Shown piece by piece: positions 18,862 to 27,154 of a stretch of DNA of 64,000 bases (the stretch's first letter is position 1; the number at the start of each line of letters is the position of its first letter). A program made the translations under genes and the position numbers. Where the stretch lies: NCBI GenBank assembly GCA_943350875.1, contig CALRAL010000001.1:4829-68828 (forward strand). Reading direction: 5' to 3'. The notes below the pieces were generated by a model. The model worked only from the letters and a program-made list of their open reading frames with translations. It was not told the origin of the DNA and ran no database searches. The stretch is from Candidatus Nomurabacteria bacterium (GTDB taxonomy: Bacteria > Patescibacteriota > Minisyncoccia > Phycocordibacterales > UBA9973).

Positions 18862-19140
18862 ATGAACATAAAGGATGTGGAGAACTTGGCGGAGCTGGCT
18901 AGGATTGATCTGACAGAAGAAGAAAAACAGGGTCTTTTGAAAGATTTTGATAGTATTTTGGCGTATGTGGATACGATAAAAAGTGCCGAAATTGGCGACA
19001 TAGAACTACATAACGATGTCTATAACGCTTGGCGTGAGGACGAGCCACGTGTAGGTGAACCGGATTTCTCCCTTCAATTAATAAAAGAAGGCTTCCCAGA
19101 TTCACAAGATGGATTTTTGAAAGTTAAAAAAATACTTTAG
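18862..19140 (+). CDS. gatC: Asp/Glu-tRNA amidotransferase subunit C
   Basis: MNIKDVENLAELARIDLTEEEKQGLLKDFDSILAYVDTI; 92 aa; precedes gatA. Confidence 0.8.
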   Translation: MNIKDVENLAELARIDLTEEEKQGLLKDFDSILAYVDTIKSAEIGDIELHNDVYNAWREDEPRVGEPDFSLQLIKEGFPDSQDGFLKVKKIL

Positions 19141-19155
19141 TTTATTATATTCGCT

Positions 19156-20589
19156 ATGATTGATTTAAAAAACCTAACAATTGAAAAAGCACATAATAGT
19201 CTAAAAAAAGGCGAATTTACTTGCCGTCAATTAGCTGAAGCTTATTTAGAAAATATAAAAGAAAAAAATAAATTACTCAATGCATATTTGGAAATTTATG
19301 ATGATGTATTAGCGCAAGCAGATAAAGCACAGAAAATGTTTAAGGAGGGGCAGGATACAATACTCACTGGTATTCCGTTTGGTATTAAAGATAATATTTT
19401 ATTTGAAGGACATATAGCTTCGGCTGGTTCGAAAATTTTAGAGAATTATAAAGCATCTTATAGTGCTACAGTTATAAAAGAATTAATTAAAGCCGGGGCA
19501 GTTATTTTAGGACGTACCAATATGGATGAGTTTGCCATGGGTTCTTCCACTGAATATTCTGCTTATGGGCCTACAAAAAATCCTCTTGATACTTCTCGAG
19601 TGCCAGGTGGAACCTCTGGGGGCTCAGCTGCTGTGACATCTGCAAATATGGCTTTGGTGACATTGGGGACAGAGACTTGTGGCTCAGTCAGGGAGCCCGC
19701 TGCCTTTTGTGGAGTAGTAGGTATCAAGCCGACTTATGGGGGAATTTCAAGACATGGGGTGATAGCTATGGGGAACTCTTTAGATCAAGTTTCACCATTT
19801 GGTAAAACTGTAGGGGATGCCGAGATAGTTTGTAATGCGCTTTTAAAATATGACAAAGATGATGCTACTTCTGTACCTGTCTCCTCAAGGACGGTCCTTA
19901 AGAAGTCTCTCCAAGGACCGTCCTTTTCCCGACAGAAAATAGGTGTGCCGTGGCATTTATTTGAAAATGATCTAGATAAAGTAATCATGGATAATTTTAA
20001 AGAATCTATTGAGAAATTAAAAAAGGCTGGATATGAGATAGTAGATATCGAACTTCCCTATGCTAAATATTCTCTCGCAGTATATTACATAGTCATGCCG
20101 GCGGAAGTATCTACGAACCTTTCCCGTTTTGATGGTATCCGTTATGGTTTTCATTACGACGGCAAAGACTTGATGGAAGTGTACAAGAAAAGCAGAGCTA
20201 AAGGCTTCGGAGCCGAAGCAAGGAGAAGAATTTTACTTGGTACCTATGTGCTTTCTCATGGATATTACGATGCGTATTATAATAGAGCTGTGAAAATACG
20301 TGAGAAAATAAAAGAGGAGATGAATGAAGCTTTTCAAAAAGTTGATTTTATTGTCACTCCCACCGCGCCATTTTTACCATTTAAATTAGGGGAGAAACTC
20401 AATGATCCAGTGTCGATGTATCTCTGCGATTTATTTAATGCACCGGCAAACCTGACAGGCACACCATCGATAGCTATCCCAGCTGGATTTAACAGTGAAG
20501 GTTTACCTTTTTCAATCCAGTTTACAGCGCCTCACTTTTGCGAAGATGCGTTATTTAATGTCGGTAAGAAATTTGAAGAAATAAGGTAA
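19156..20589 (+). CDS. gatA: Asp/Glu-tRNA amidotransferase subunit A (amidase)
   Basis: Amidase signature GGTSGGSAAVTSANMALVTLGTETCGSVREPAAFCGVVGIKPTYG. Confidence 0.85.
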   Translation: MIDLKNLTIEKAHNSLKKGEFTCRQLAEAYLENIKEKNKLLNAYLEIYDDVLAQADKAQKMFKEGQDTILTGIPFGIKDNILFEGHIASAGSKILENYKASYSATVIKELIKAGAVILGRTNMDEFAMGSSTEYSAYGPTKNPLDTSRVPGGTSGGSAAVTSANMALVTLGTETCGSVREPAAFCGVVGIKPTYGGISRHGVIAMGNSLDQVSPFGKTVGDAEIVCNALLKYDKDDATSVPVSSRTVLKKSLQGPSFSRQKIGVPWHLFENDLDKVIMDNFKESIEKLKKAGYEIVDIELPYAKYSLAVYYIVMPAEVSTNLSRFDGIRYGFHYDGKDLMEVYKKSRAKGFGAEARRRILLGTYVLSHGYYDAYYNRAVKIREKIKEEMNEAFQKVDFIVTPTAPFLPFKLGEKLNDPVSMYLCDLFNAPANLTGTPSIAIPAGFNSEGLPFSIQFTAPHFCEDALFNVGKKFEEIR

Positions 20590-20617
20590 TTTTCGTGATA
20601 TAATTCTGTTATAAATT

Positions 20618-21238
20618 ATGTATACATCATCAAGCCCTAGCGATATTTTTGGAAAATCTTTTTTGGATTCTAAATTTTTCAATGCTGATTATTTATTTAA
20701 AAGTGGCACTCACATATTAAGTCAAATTAATTATTTAGAAATCTGGAGTATTATAAAAGTATTTTTATTGATTATTTCCATTTTTTTCTTAATCTTGATT
20801 GCTTATGTAGTAGTGCGAATGCTTGAACTTCGTAAAAAAGAACACGAACATTTGCATCATGAGATAGAGGAATACGCGCATCACCACGCAGAAAAAGAAA
20901 CTTCAGTTATAGGAGCAGATTTTAAGAATGAAAAATGGAAAAAGGTTTTAGAATATACCTTGTCTCCAAATGAAAATGATTGGAAACTGGCAGTGATAGA
21001 AGCTAATTCCATGCTTGAAGTTTTGGTAGGGGATCTTGGTTTTAAAGGGGAAAGTTTAGGGGAGAAACTCAAAAATGCTGACAGAGATAGTTTTCATAGT
21101 TTGAGTTCAGCTTGGGAAGTTCATACTATTAGGAATAGGATTGCTCACGAAGGTTCTGCATTTATACTTACTCAACGTGAAGCAAAGAGGGTAGTAGCCC
21201 TCTATGAGCAGATTTTTAAAGAGTTTGGGTTTATTTAG
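20618..21238 (+). CDS. Membrane-anchored hypothetical protein with a C-terminal Rx4H (HEPN-like) motif
   Basis: TM IIKVFLLIISIFFLILIAYVVV; C-terminal TIRNRIAHEGSAF. The domain call is weak. Confidence 0.4.
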   Translation: MYTSSSPSDIFGKSFLDSKFFNADYLFKSGTHILSQINYLEIWSIIKVFLLIISIFFLILIAYVVVRMLELRKKEHEHLHHEIEEYAHHHAEKETSVIGADFKNEKWKKVLEYTLSPNENDWKLAVIEANSMLEVLVGDLGFKGESLGEKLKNADRDSFHSLSSAWEVHTIRNRIAHEGSAFILTQREAKRVVALYEQIFKEFGFI

Positions 21239-21244
21239 AATTGT

Positions 21245-21547
21245 TGCGGGGAACCGAATCGAACGGTTGTCTTAAGGTTATGCTTTACCACTATAGTTTT
21301 CACTACAAAAATTTTGTGGTCTGGACTATACCATCTCCTTTTCTAAAAAATAAATTAAAGATTAAGGAGCTCGCCATCTAGTCTCTACACTTTTATCTTT
21401 AGTTAAACACCAAAGAATTTAGCTCGGAATTGTCTTTCTACAAAATATGCAGATAGGATTTCTCCGAATTTGACGAGTACACACCCCTATGTTTCCAAAG
21501 AGGGGGCCCATATTTTCTAACGCTGAGCCTTATGAGATACCACTTCT
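21245..21547 (-). tRNA. Initiator-type tRNA-Met(CAT) interrupted in the anticodon loop by a ~233-nt putative group I intron
   Basis: Minus-strand 5' exon 21547-21516: CGCGGGG-TA-GAGA-AGTGGTA-TCTC-A-TAAGG-CT. Minus-strand 3' exon 21282-21245: CATAA-CCTTA-AGAC-AACCG-TTCGATT-CGGTT-CCCCGCA-A. Joined, these give a cloverleaf with C1·A72, anticodon CAU and loop CUCAUAA. The exon ends in U and the intron ends in G (21283). The intron carries GTAGAGACTAGATGG (R-like) and GAGATGGTATAGTCCAGAC (S-like). Confidence 0.6.
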
Positions 21548-21614
21548 CTACCCCGCGATGTTTTCTATGATACATTAAAAAATTAGTTTTTGCAAATGTA
21601 ACTTATGATTTTCT

Positions 21615-22349
21615 ATGGTTTGCATTAATAATAGAACTTATGATATACTGTTATATATGTCTAAATATAATGAACGAATAAGAGCTTTATCAATGAGAAG
21701 AGAAGGAGTTTCTATTCTTGTCATTGCGAGAGAACTTGGAGTCTCAAAAGGTACAGCTAGTAAATGGTGTCGAAATATAGTTTTGACTAAAGAACAATTT
21801 GAAAATTTAAAAAGAAATCAAGGAATATCAGTAAAAACAGGTCAAAGAATTGGAGCGGAAATGAACAAAAGGAAAAGGATTGATGCTATTAAGTCGGCTG
21901 ATATTTGGGGAAGTGAACTTATTAAAAAAATTTCTAAAAGAGAGTTATTATTGATCGCTACAGCGTTGTATTGGAGTGAAGGATCAAAAAGTGATCGTAC
22001 TTCGGGTTTTATATTTGTTAATTCGGACCCAGAGATGATTTTGGTAATGAAATTGTTTTTAGTAAATGTTCTAGATATACCGTCTGAAGAAATAGTATGT
22101 TCTATTCAGATTAATAGGATTCATGAAAAAAGGATAAACACTGTCTTGAATTTTTGGAAAAAACTGCTAAACTTACCAGATAATCAGTTTAGAAAACCTT
22201 ATTATGTAAATACCAAAATAAGTAAGGTGTATGATAATTATGATAATTATTACGGTATATGTAGATTGGTTGTAAGGAAAGGTATGAATTGGAAATACAG
22301 AATGATTGGTTTAATCAAGGCAGTAAAGAATAATATATTGTCGGCATAG
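21615..22349 (+). CDS. HTH-domain protein (resolvase-type HTH plus uncharacterised C-terminal domain)
   Basis: ILVIARELGVSKGTASKW HTH; its stop overlaps the first nucleotides of tRNA-Met. Confidence 0.4.
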   Translation: MVCINNRTYDILLYMSKYNERIRALSMRREGVSILVIARELGVSKGTASKWCRNIVLTKEQFENLKRNQGISVKTGQRIGAEMNKRKRIDAIKSADIWGSELIKKISKRELLLIATALYWSEGSKSDRTSGFIFVNSDPEMILVMKLFLVNVLDIPSEEIVCSIQINRIHEKRINTVLNFWKKLLNLPDNQFRKPYYVNTKISKVYDNYDNYYGICRLVVRKGMNWKYRMIGLIKAVKNNILSA

Positions 22350-22414
22350 CTCAGGTAGTTAGAGCGGGCGTTTCATAAGCGCCAGGTCCCAAGTGCAACT
22401 CTTGGTGCCGACAC
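22341..22414 (+). tRNA. tRNA-Met/Ile2 (anticodon CAT), elongator type (G1-C72)
   Basis: GTCGGCA-TA-GCTC-AGGTAGTTA-GAGC-G-GGCGT-TTCATAA-GCGCC-AGGTC-CCAAG-TGCAACT-CTTGG-TGCCGAC-A. Confidence 0.8.
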
Positions 22415-22461
22415 AAGCAGATTAGGGAATTACCTTAATTTGTGATTAAATACATACGTTT

Positions 22462-22535
22462 GCGGCTGTAGCTCAACGGTAGAGCACCCGCCTGTCACGT
22501 GGGAGGCCGTGGGGTCAGCACCCATCAGCCGCGCA
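22462..22535 (+). tRNA. tRNA-Asp (GTC)
   Basis: GCGGCTG...CCCGC-CTGTCAC-GTGGG...CAGCCGC; anticodon loop with U33-GUC-A37; unusual T-loop GTCAGCA. Confidence 0.65.
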
Positions 22536-22555
22536 AATTAAAAAAGAACTTAGCT

Positions 22556-22582
22556 TCGGCTAAGTCTTTTTTAATTCTTGCA
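22556..22582 (+). terminator. Rho-independent terminator hairpin (CTTAGC-TTCG-GCTAAG plus T6)
   Basis: Seen directly downstream of tRNA-Asp. Confidence 0.6.
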
Positions 22583-22810
22583 AGACGAAAAAATATCTTT
22601 TAGACATTTCGTTGGGTGCTGACAGGCGGAGCTATATTTTGTCAGCAGATAAAATTACGAGCCGGGGTCGCGAAATTTCCGAGCGACGGCGAGGAAATAT
22701 TTGTGACCAAACCCATCAGTCGCACAAACAGCAAAAATTACTAGGTCTTGCCTAGTAATTTTTGCTTTTAAAAAGCCTCTTTTTTTGCTATAGTGGCTAA
22801 GTTAGCTTAT

Positions 22811-22882
22811 GCCGTCGTAGCTTAGTGGTAAAGCACTGACTTGGTAAGTCAGAGACCATGGGTCCGATCCCCATCGACGGCT
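22811..22882 (+). tRNA. tRNA-Thr (GGT)
   Basis: GCCGTCG-TA-GCTT-AGTGGTA-AAGC-A-CTGAC-TTGGTAA-GTCAG-...-CGACGGC-T. Confidence 0.8.
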
Positions 22883-22889
22883 CTCGTTT

Positions 22890-22965
22890 GCCGATGTAGC
22901 TCAGTTGGTAGAGCATCGCTTTCGTAAAGCGAGGGTCGACAGTTCAATCCTGTCCATCGGCTCCA
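22890..22965 (+). tRNA. tRNA-Thr (CGT) with encoded CCA
   Basis: GCCGATG-TA-GCTC-AGTTGGTA-GAGC-A-TCGCT-TTCGTAA-AGCGA-GGGTC-GACAG-TTCAATC-CTGTC-CATCGGC-T-CCA. The last ~5 nt coincide with the start of the recombinase-element inverted repeat. Confidence 0.85.
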
Positions 22966-24493
22966 AAACCCGACTTTTTTGTTGGGAACTCACAAAGGAG
23001 TGGGCGTCGCAAAGCGACGCCCATGCTGTTTGCATTTGTTTTGCGGGGGGATTCAGAAATTCTGGCGCGCTTGCGCGCACTAATTTGTTTTGGAGGAGGA
23101 GGTTCGAGCCAAAGATTTCTTTGGCACAGACCTTTTTGCAAAAAAGGTCTGTATCCAATGCAATTTTTTCCATATTCTGGGCTTTATTTATCCATTTTTG
23201 CATCGGTTCGAGCCACAATTTTTGTTTACCTTCCGAACGAGAAATTTCTGTCTCCAGCGACTTTTTCTCGGATAACAATTTTGATTTTTCAGAACGATAA
23301 ATTTCCTTTTCTATATCTTGGTCTAAATATCCGTCTAAAAGTCGCTGGAGCTTCACCACGATGTCTTGTATCTTCTTCTCGTTCTCCGAAACAAAAATTT
23401 GAACAGATTGGGCGGATTCCGTTTTGTCTTTTTCAAGTCTCATATTCAAATAATCCGCCCAATCTTGCGGCATAGAAACTTTTTGCAAGAGTGATGAAAT
23501 TTGTTCGTCCAACGACTCTTGGCGAATACAAGGTTCAGGACATTTCATATCTCGGCGTTTCTTGGTGCAACGATAGTAAGTGTAAAAATGTTGAGTTCCG
23601 TTAAGCTGTGTCTTCACCTTGTATTCGCCAGTGATCATCATTCCGCAAGTGGCACATGATAACAAACCACAATATGCTTGCGGTTCATTTTTCATTTTAT
23701 GTCGTGGACGACCTCTTTCTTTCATCACTTCTTGCACTTTGTCCCAAAGTCTCTTATCCACGATTGGCTCATGCTTGCCCTCATACACTTCTTTATTAAA
23801 TCTAAAATGTCCGTAATAAAATGGATTGGATAAAATGAAAGTGGCACGGGTTCGGTGGATTTTCTTTCCGTTTTTTGCAAAAAGATTATTCTGCGCCAAA
23901 AACATACCGATAGTGTCTAGTGTTTGATTTCCCTCTGAATACATCTCAAACGCCTTGAGAATAACAGGCGCGGACTTTTTATCAACTGCGATAGTTTTTG
24001 TTCGTGAATCGTTGATATAACCAACAGGAGTTAGTCCTGGATATTCTCCGCGCCTAACTTTTTGGCGCATCCCCCTTTTTGTATTTTCGGAAAGAGAATC
24101 CACATAATACTTACTTTGCCCAAACGCCATGTTGAGCATAAATTTTCCTTGTGAAGTGCTATCGCACCAAAATGTTGGAAATTTTAGCGTAGCAAGTTTC
24201 TCTGTGTCGAGGAGGTAAATTACTCGTCCACCATCAACGCTATTTCTTGCGAGACGATCCGGATGCCAAGCGAGAATGCTTCCGCCGAGTTTTTCAATCT
24301 CATCTAACATTTTATTAAATATCGGACGACCTGGAATTTTCGCAGATTGTTTTTCCACATACTCGGCGGAAATTTCAATCGCTTCTCGCTTGGCATAGTC
24401 TCGCAATTCGTCCAACTGTGCTTCAATAGACAAAACTTGTTTATCCTCGACATCAGTAGACTTGCGAGCGTACAAAAAGAATTTTTGTGACAT
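22901..24493 (-). CDS. Large serine recombinase (resolvase/invertase N-terminal domain plus recombinase domain plus Zn ribbon)
   Basis: N-terminus FLYARKSTDVEDKQVLSIEAQLDELRDY (catalytic Ser in YARKST); Zn-ribbon Cys pairs CGLLSCATCG...CTKKRRDMKC; 530 aa. The C-terminal ~60 aa read through the TIR and antisense across the tRNA, so the true stop is uncertain. Confidence 0.8.
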   Translation of the reverse strand: MSQKFFLYARKSTDVEDKQVLSIEAQLDELRDYAKREAIEISAEYVEKQSAKIPGRPIFNKMLDEIEKLGGSILAWHPDRLARNSVDGGRVIYLLDTEKLATLKFPTFWCDSTSQGKFMLNMAFGQSKYYVDSLSENTKRGMRQKVRRGEYPGLTPVGYINDSRTKTIAVDKKSAPVILKAFEMYSEGNQTLDTIGMFLAQNNLFAKNGKKIHRTRATFILSNPFYYGHFRFNKEVYEGKHEPIVDKRLWDKVQEVMKERGRPRHKMKNEPQAYCGLLSCATCGMMITGEYKVKTQLNGTQHFYTYYRCTKKRRDMKCPEPCIRQESLDEQISSLLQKVSMPQDWADYLNMRLEKDKTESAQSVQIFVSENEKKIQDIVVKLQRLLDGYLDQDIEKEIYRSEKSKLLSEKKSLETEISRSEGKQKLWLEPMQKWINKAQNMEKIALDTDLFCKKVCAKEIFGSNLLLQNKLVRASAPEFLNPPAKQMQTAWASLCDAHSFVSSQQKSRVLEPMDRIELSTLALRKRCSTN

Positions 24494-24811
24494 ATATTTT
24501 TTTGTTAAAGCAGAAATGACTATTCCAGTGTTGAAACCTTAACGCTAATTAAGATATCTGGAATAGTCATTTCTGCTAATTAGCTAATAACTGGTTTCAA
24601 CATTTCTAGTATAGCAAAAAATATTTGAGAACAAAAATTCTTTTTGAATAATTGCAAAAATTGCATTAGATTCCGAACCTCCTCCTCCAAAACAAATTAG
24701 TGCGCGCAAGCGCGCCAGAATTTCTGAATCCCCCCGCAAAACAAATGCAAACAGCATGGGCGTCGCTTTGCGACGCCCACTCCTTTGTGAGTTCCCAACA
24801 AAAAAGTCGGG
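22961..24811 (-). mobile_element. Serine-recombinase element 1: recombinase gene bounded by perfect ~140-bp terminal inverted repeats (22961-23102 / 24670-24811)
   Basis: The reverse complement of 24670-24811 is identical to 22961-23102 (CTCCAAAACCCGACTTTTTTGTTGGGAACTCACAAAGGAGTGGGCGTCGCAAAGCGACGCCCATGC...GGAGGAGGAGGTTCG). The outer end overlaps the 3' CCA end of tRNA-Thr(CGT). Confidence 0.75.
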
Positions 24812-25130
24812 TTTTGGAGTGTCTTTACGATTCCGCTCGAACTTACTTTATCAAAAATTCCTGAGAATATCCACAAGCGTTCCCCGCGCGCTAAAGCGCC
24901 ACCACGCGAAGCGTGGTGCTTCTGCTGAAGCAGAAGTGCGGGAAACGCTCTGCACCTCGCCACTAATGTTTTTCAAACGAGGCGAGGTGCAGAAATGCGG
25001 AACGCGAGCGAAATTTTGCGAAATGCTGGGGGTGTGGGGGAAAGTATTTCGCAAAAATTCGCTCGCGTACTTCCTGATTTTTTTTGGCAAATTAATTTTT
25101 TTGAATTTTTGCTCTCAGAGTTTTGAGCCT
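24812..25130. repeat. Inverted repeat C, left copy (~320 bp); partner at 28270-28602
   Basis: The reverse complement of 28270-28602 aligns along its full length with a few indels. The substitutions are compensatory within hairpins (CCACGCGAAGCGTGG vs CTGTGCGAAGCACAG; CTGCACCTCGCC...GGCGAGGTGCAG vs CTGCACTCCGCC...GGCGGAGTGCAG). Confidence 0.8.
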
Positions 25131-25355
25131 ACAATAAAAAAGTAAAATATGTTATAGTATATTTGCTGACAGATAAATATATTTAGAGCATTCATTGATG
25201 GTTTTTCCGTCAATCGCGTCCAATATTGGCATCCCAATATGAGGAAACACGATTGACGGTGAATGCCGTTTATCTGTCAGCACCTCTTTGTTGGGGTGCC
25301 TATTTTGTTTTTAGGTATCCAATACAAAGATTTTATAAATATAAATCTTAATAAA

Positions 25356-26189
25356 ATGGAAAACCTAGAGACACCCAAAAAAATTGAAACAAAATTTGAA
25401 AGATTAAAAAATTTTCTTGAAACACATAAAAATTCGATTGCAATGGTGTTTCATCGTCATGCCGAGCATACTAATGATAAAACTCAACCCGATGAATTTA
25501 GGAGATTGGCTATTGAAACTGATATAGATAAAACAATTGAGGCAGCAGGTTTAATTGATTTCGATTTAACAGTAGCATATTCTGTAAAAAGTTTACGTTC
25601 ATTTTTAACTGCTTATTATTTATTAAAACCAAATGATAGTATAAGTCTCGATCAAGAATCTCAAATTTTGCAATATGAAGCAATTCATTCTGGGCCAATG
25701 AAAAACAAAATACGTTCAAAAAAAGAACTAGATTATAAAGATCCAACAAAATTTAGTTTTTTTGAAGAATTAACAAAAGCTTTTAATGAAAACAAAATGT
25801 TGGAATTTTTAGTACATCATTCTGATGAATATGTTGCTAAGGGTGAAGATATTAGTGCTTACACTGTTGTGGCAAAAGATATAGCAAAAATTGCTCAAAC
25901 CTATATTAGATTTATTCCTAGGTGGAAAAATTTATCTACATCAAAATTTAACAATAAAAATCTATTTAGAACATTTTGTGCTAGAGAAATGGTATATGGA
26001 TGCTTTCGAGCGAAAATTACTGAGTTAGTTTCAGGAATTGAAGAGAGGGATTCGTTTGTTAAATATTATGATAAAAATTTAAGTCAAAAAGATATTGGGG
26101 TAATTATTATTAAAGATCAAGAAAATTTAGTTCTATTCGATGGTTTTGGACAATTAAGTTTTACAAGCTCAATTTTAGAAAAGATTTAA
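25356..26189 (+). CDS. Hypothetical protein (cargo gene 1)
   Basis: ORF 25263..26189; start trimmed to MENLETPKK downstream of the palindromic leader. No motif recognised. Confidence 0.4.
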   Translation: MENLETPKKIETKFERLKNFLETHKNSIAMVFHRHAEHTNDKTQPDEFRRLAIETDIDKTIEAAGLIDFDLTVAYSVKSLRSFLTAYYLLKPNDSISLDQESQILQYEAIHSGPMKNKIRSKKELDYKDPTKFSFFEELTKAFNENKMLEFLVHHSDEYVAKGEDISAYTVVAKDIAKIAQTYIRFIPRWKNLSTSKFNNKNLFRTFCAREMVYGCFRAKITELVSGIEERDSFVKYYDKNLSQKDIGVIIIKDQENLVLFDGFGQLSFTSSILEKI

Positions 26190-26199
26190 TTAGAAATTT

Positions 26200-27153
26200 A
26201 TGGCTTTACATAATTTAACATTGGGAATCCCTGTAAGAAATGAATCATTAAACTTAAAACAATTTATTAATTCTTTAAACATTTCTGTCGATTATTTACA
26301 AAATATCTACAAAGATATCAAGATTGAAATTATAGTTTGCATAAATGGCTCTACGGACAATTCAGAAAATATTATAAAAAATGAAATAATTGCCTCACAT
26401 TTAGACGTCCATCTAATTTTTAGCTCGGAGGGTAAATTAAATGCAATCGATGCTATTTTAAATTCTAAAAAATACAATGATCTAATTGGATTTATTGATG
26501 CAGATACTTTACTTGAGGTGTCGGCAATTTATGAATTGTATGCAGAAATTGTAGATAACAAAAATTTATTTGCAGTGTATTCAAATATGACCCCTAGGGG
26601 TAATGATAGTTTTATTTATAGAATACAGAAAAGCCATTATGATTCACGTTTCTCAAATACGAGAGGATATATTCACGGAAGATTTTACATTTTAAAAAAT
26701 GCTGATTTATTAAAAGTTGAAAGAATAAAAAGAAATAATAAAAAATGGATTTTAGAATACGGTCCGTTAGTTGATGATATATATCTTTCAAGGGTAATTG
26801 TAGCGACTTATGGAGTTGGCGCCATAAAAGAAGTTGAAAAATCAATTATTTATTTTAAACCACCGCAAAATCTAATAGATTTTTTCTTTGGTTATCGTAG
26901 AATTATTATTGAGCTCAAAAGATTATCTTTTTTATATCCCGAACATAATTTTATTCAGAAAAAATATTTTTCAAAAAATAGGTATGGGTTTAAAAAATAT
27001 AAAAATTATGAACAAAAATTTTTATATTTAATTTATCAAATAATTGTTCATTTCATTAAACTGATTGTCGGTTTGGAAATATTATTAATTAATTTTAAAA
27101 TTATAAAATTAAAACATGTCTGGAAAACAACACACTCAACAAAAGTTATTTAA
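26200..27153 (+). CDS. Family-2 glycosyltransferase
   Basis: LTLGIPVRNESLNLKQFINSL...IVCINGSTDNSENII...GFIDADTLLE (GT2 DxD motif). Confidence 0.6.
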   Translation: MALHNLTLGIPVRNESLNLKQFINSLNISVDYLQNIYKDIKIEIIVCINGSTDNSENIIKNEIIASHLDVHLIFSSEGKLNAIDAILNSKKYNDLIGFIDADTLLEVSAIYELYAEIVDNKNLFAVYSNMTPRGNDSFIYRIQKSHYDSRFSNTRGYIHGRFYILKNADLLKVERIKRNNKKWILEYGPLVDDIYLSRVIVATYGVGAIKEVEKSIIYFKPPQNLIDFFFGYRRIIIELKRLSFLYPEHNFIQKKYFSKNRYGFKKYKNYEQKFLYLIYQIIVHFIKLIVGLEILLINFKIIKLKHVWKTTHSTKVI

Positions 27154-27154
27154 T

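Noticed and set aside
22600-22730. A possible additional intact tRNA between tRNA-Asp and tRNA-Thr
   Set aside because: Only fragments resembling the tRNA-Asp halves are present and no cloverleaf can be assembled. It is reported as a scar instead.
22901-23100. C-terminal ~65 codons of the first recombinase reading through the inverted repeat and antisense over tRNA-Thr (likewise 44936-45125 for the second)
   Set aside because: Both ORFs lack a stop until inside the tRNA. The shared ASLCDA peptide comes from translating the shared repeat hairpin. It is kept as annotated, but the true C-termini are probably shorter and cannot be set from sequence alone.
22905-23816. Plus-strand ORFs (61-150 aa) antisense to the first recombinase gene
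   Set aside because: These are shadow ORFs within a well-supported serine recombinase gene.
24756-25145. ORFs of about 100-130 aa predicted inside both copies of inverted repeat C (also 28249-28515, 28289-28600, 28325-28576)
   Set aside because: The two repeat copies differ by indels that shift frame. The predicted peptides share only about 45 residues before diverging. The substitutions instead preserve hairpins, so the region is better explained as structured non-coding sequence.
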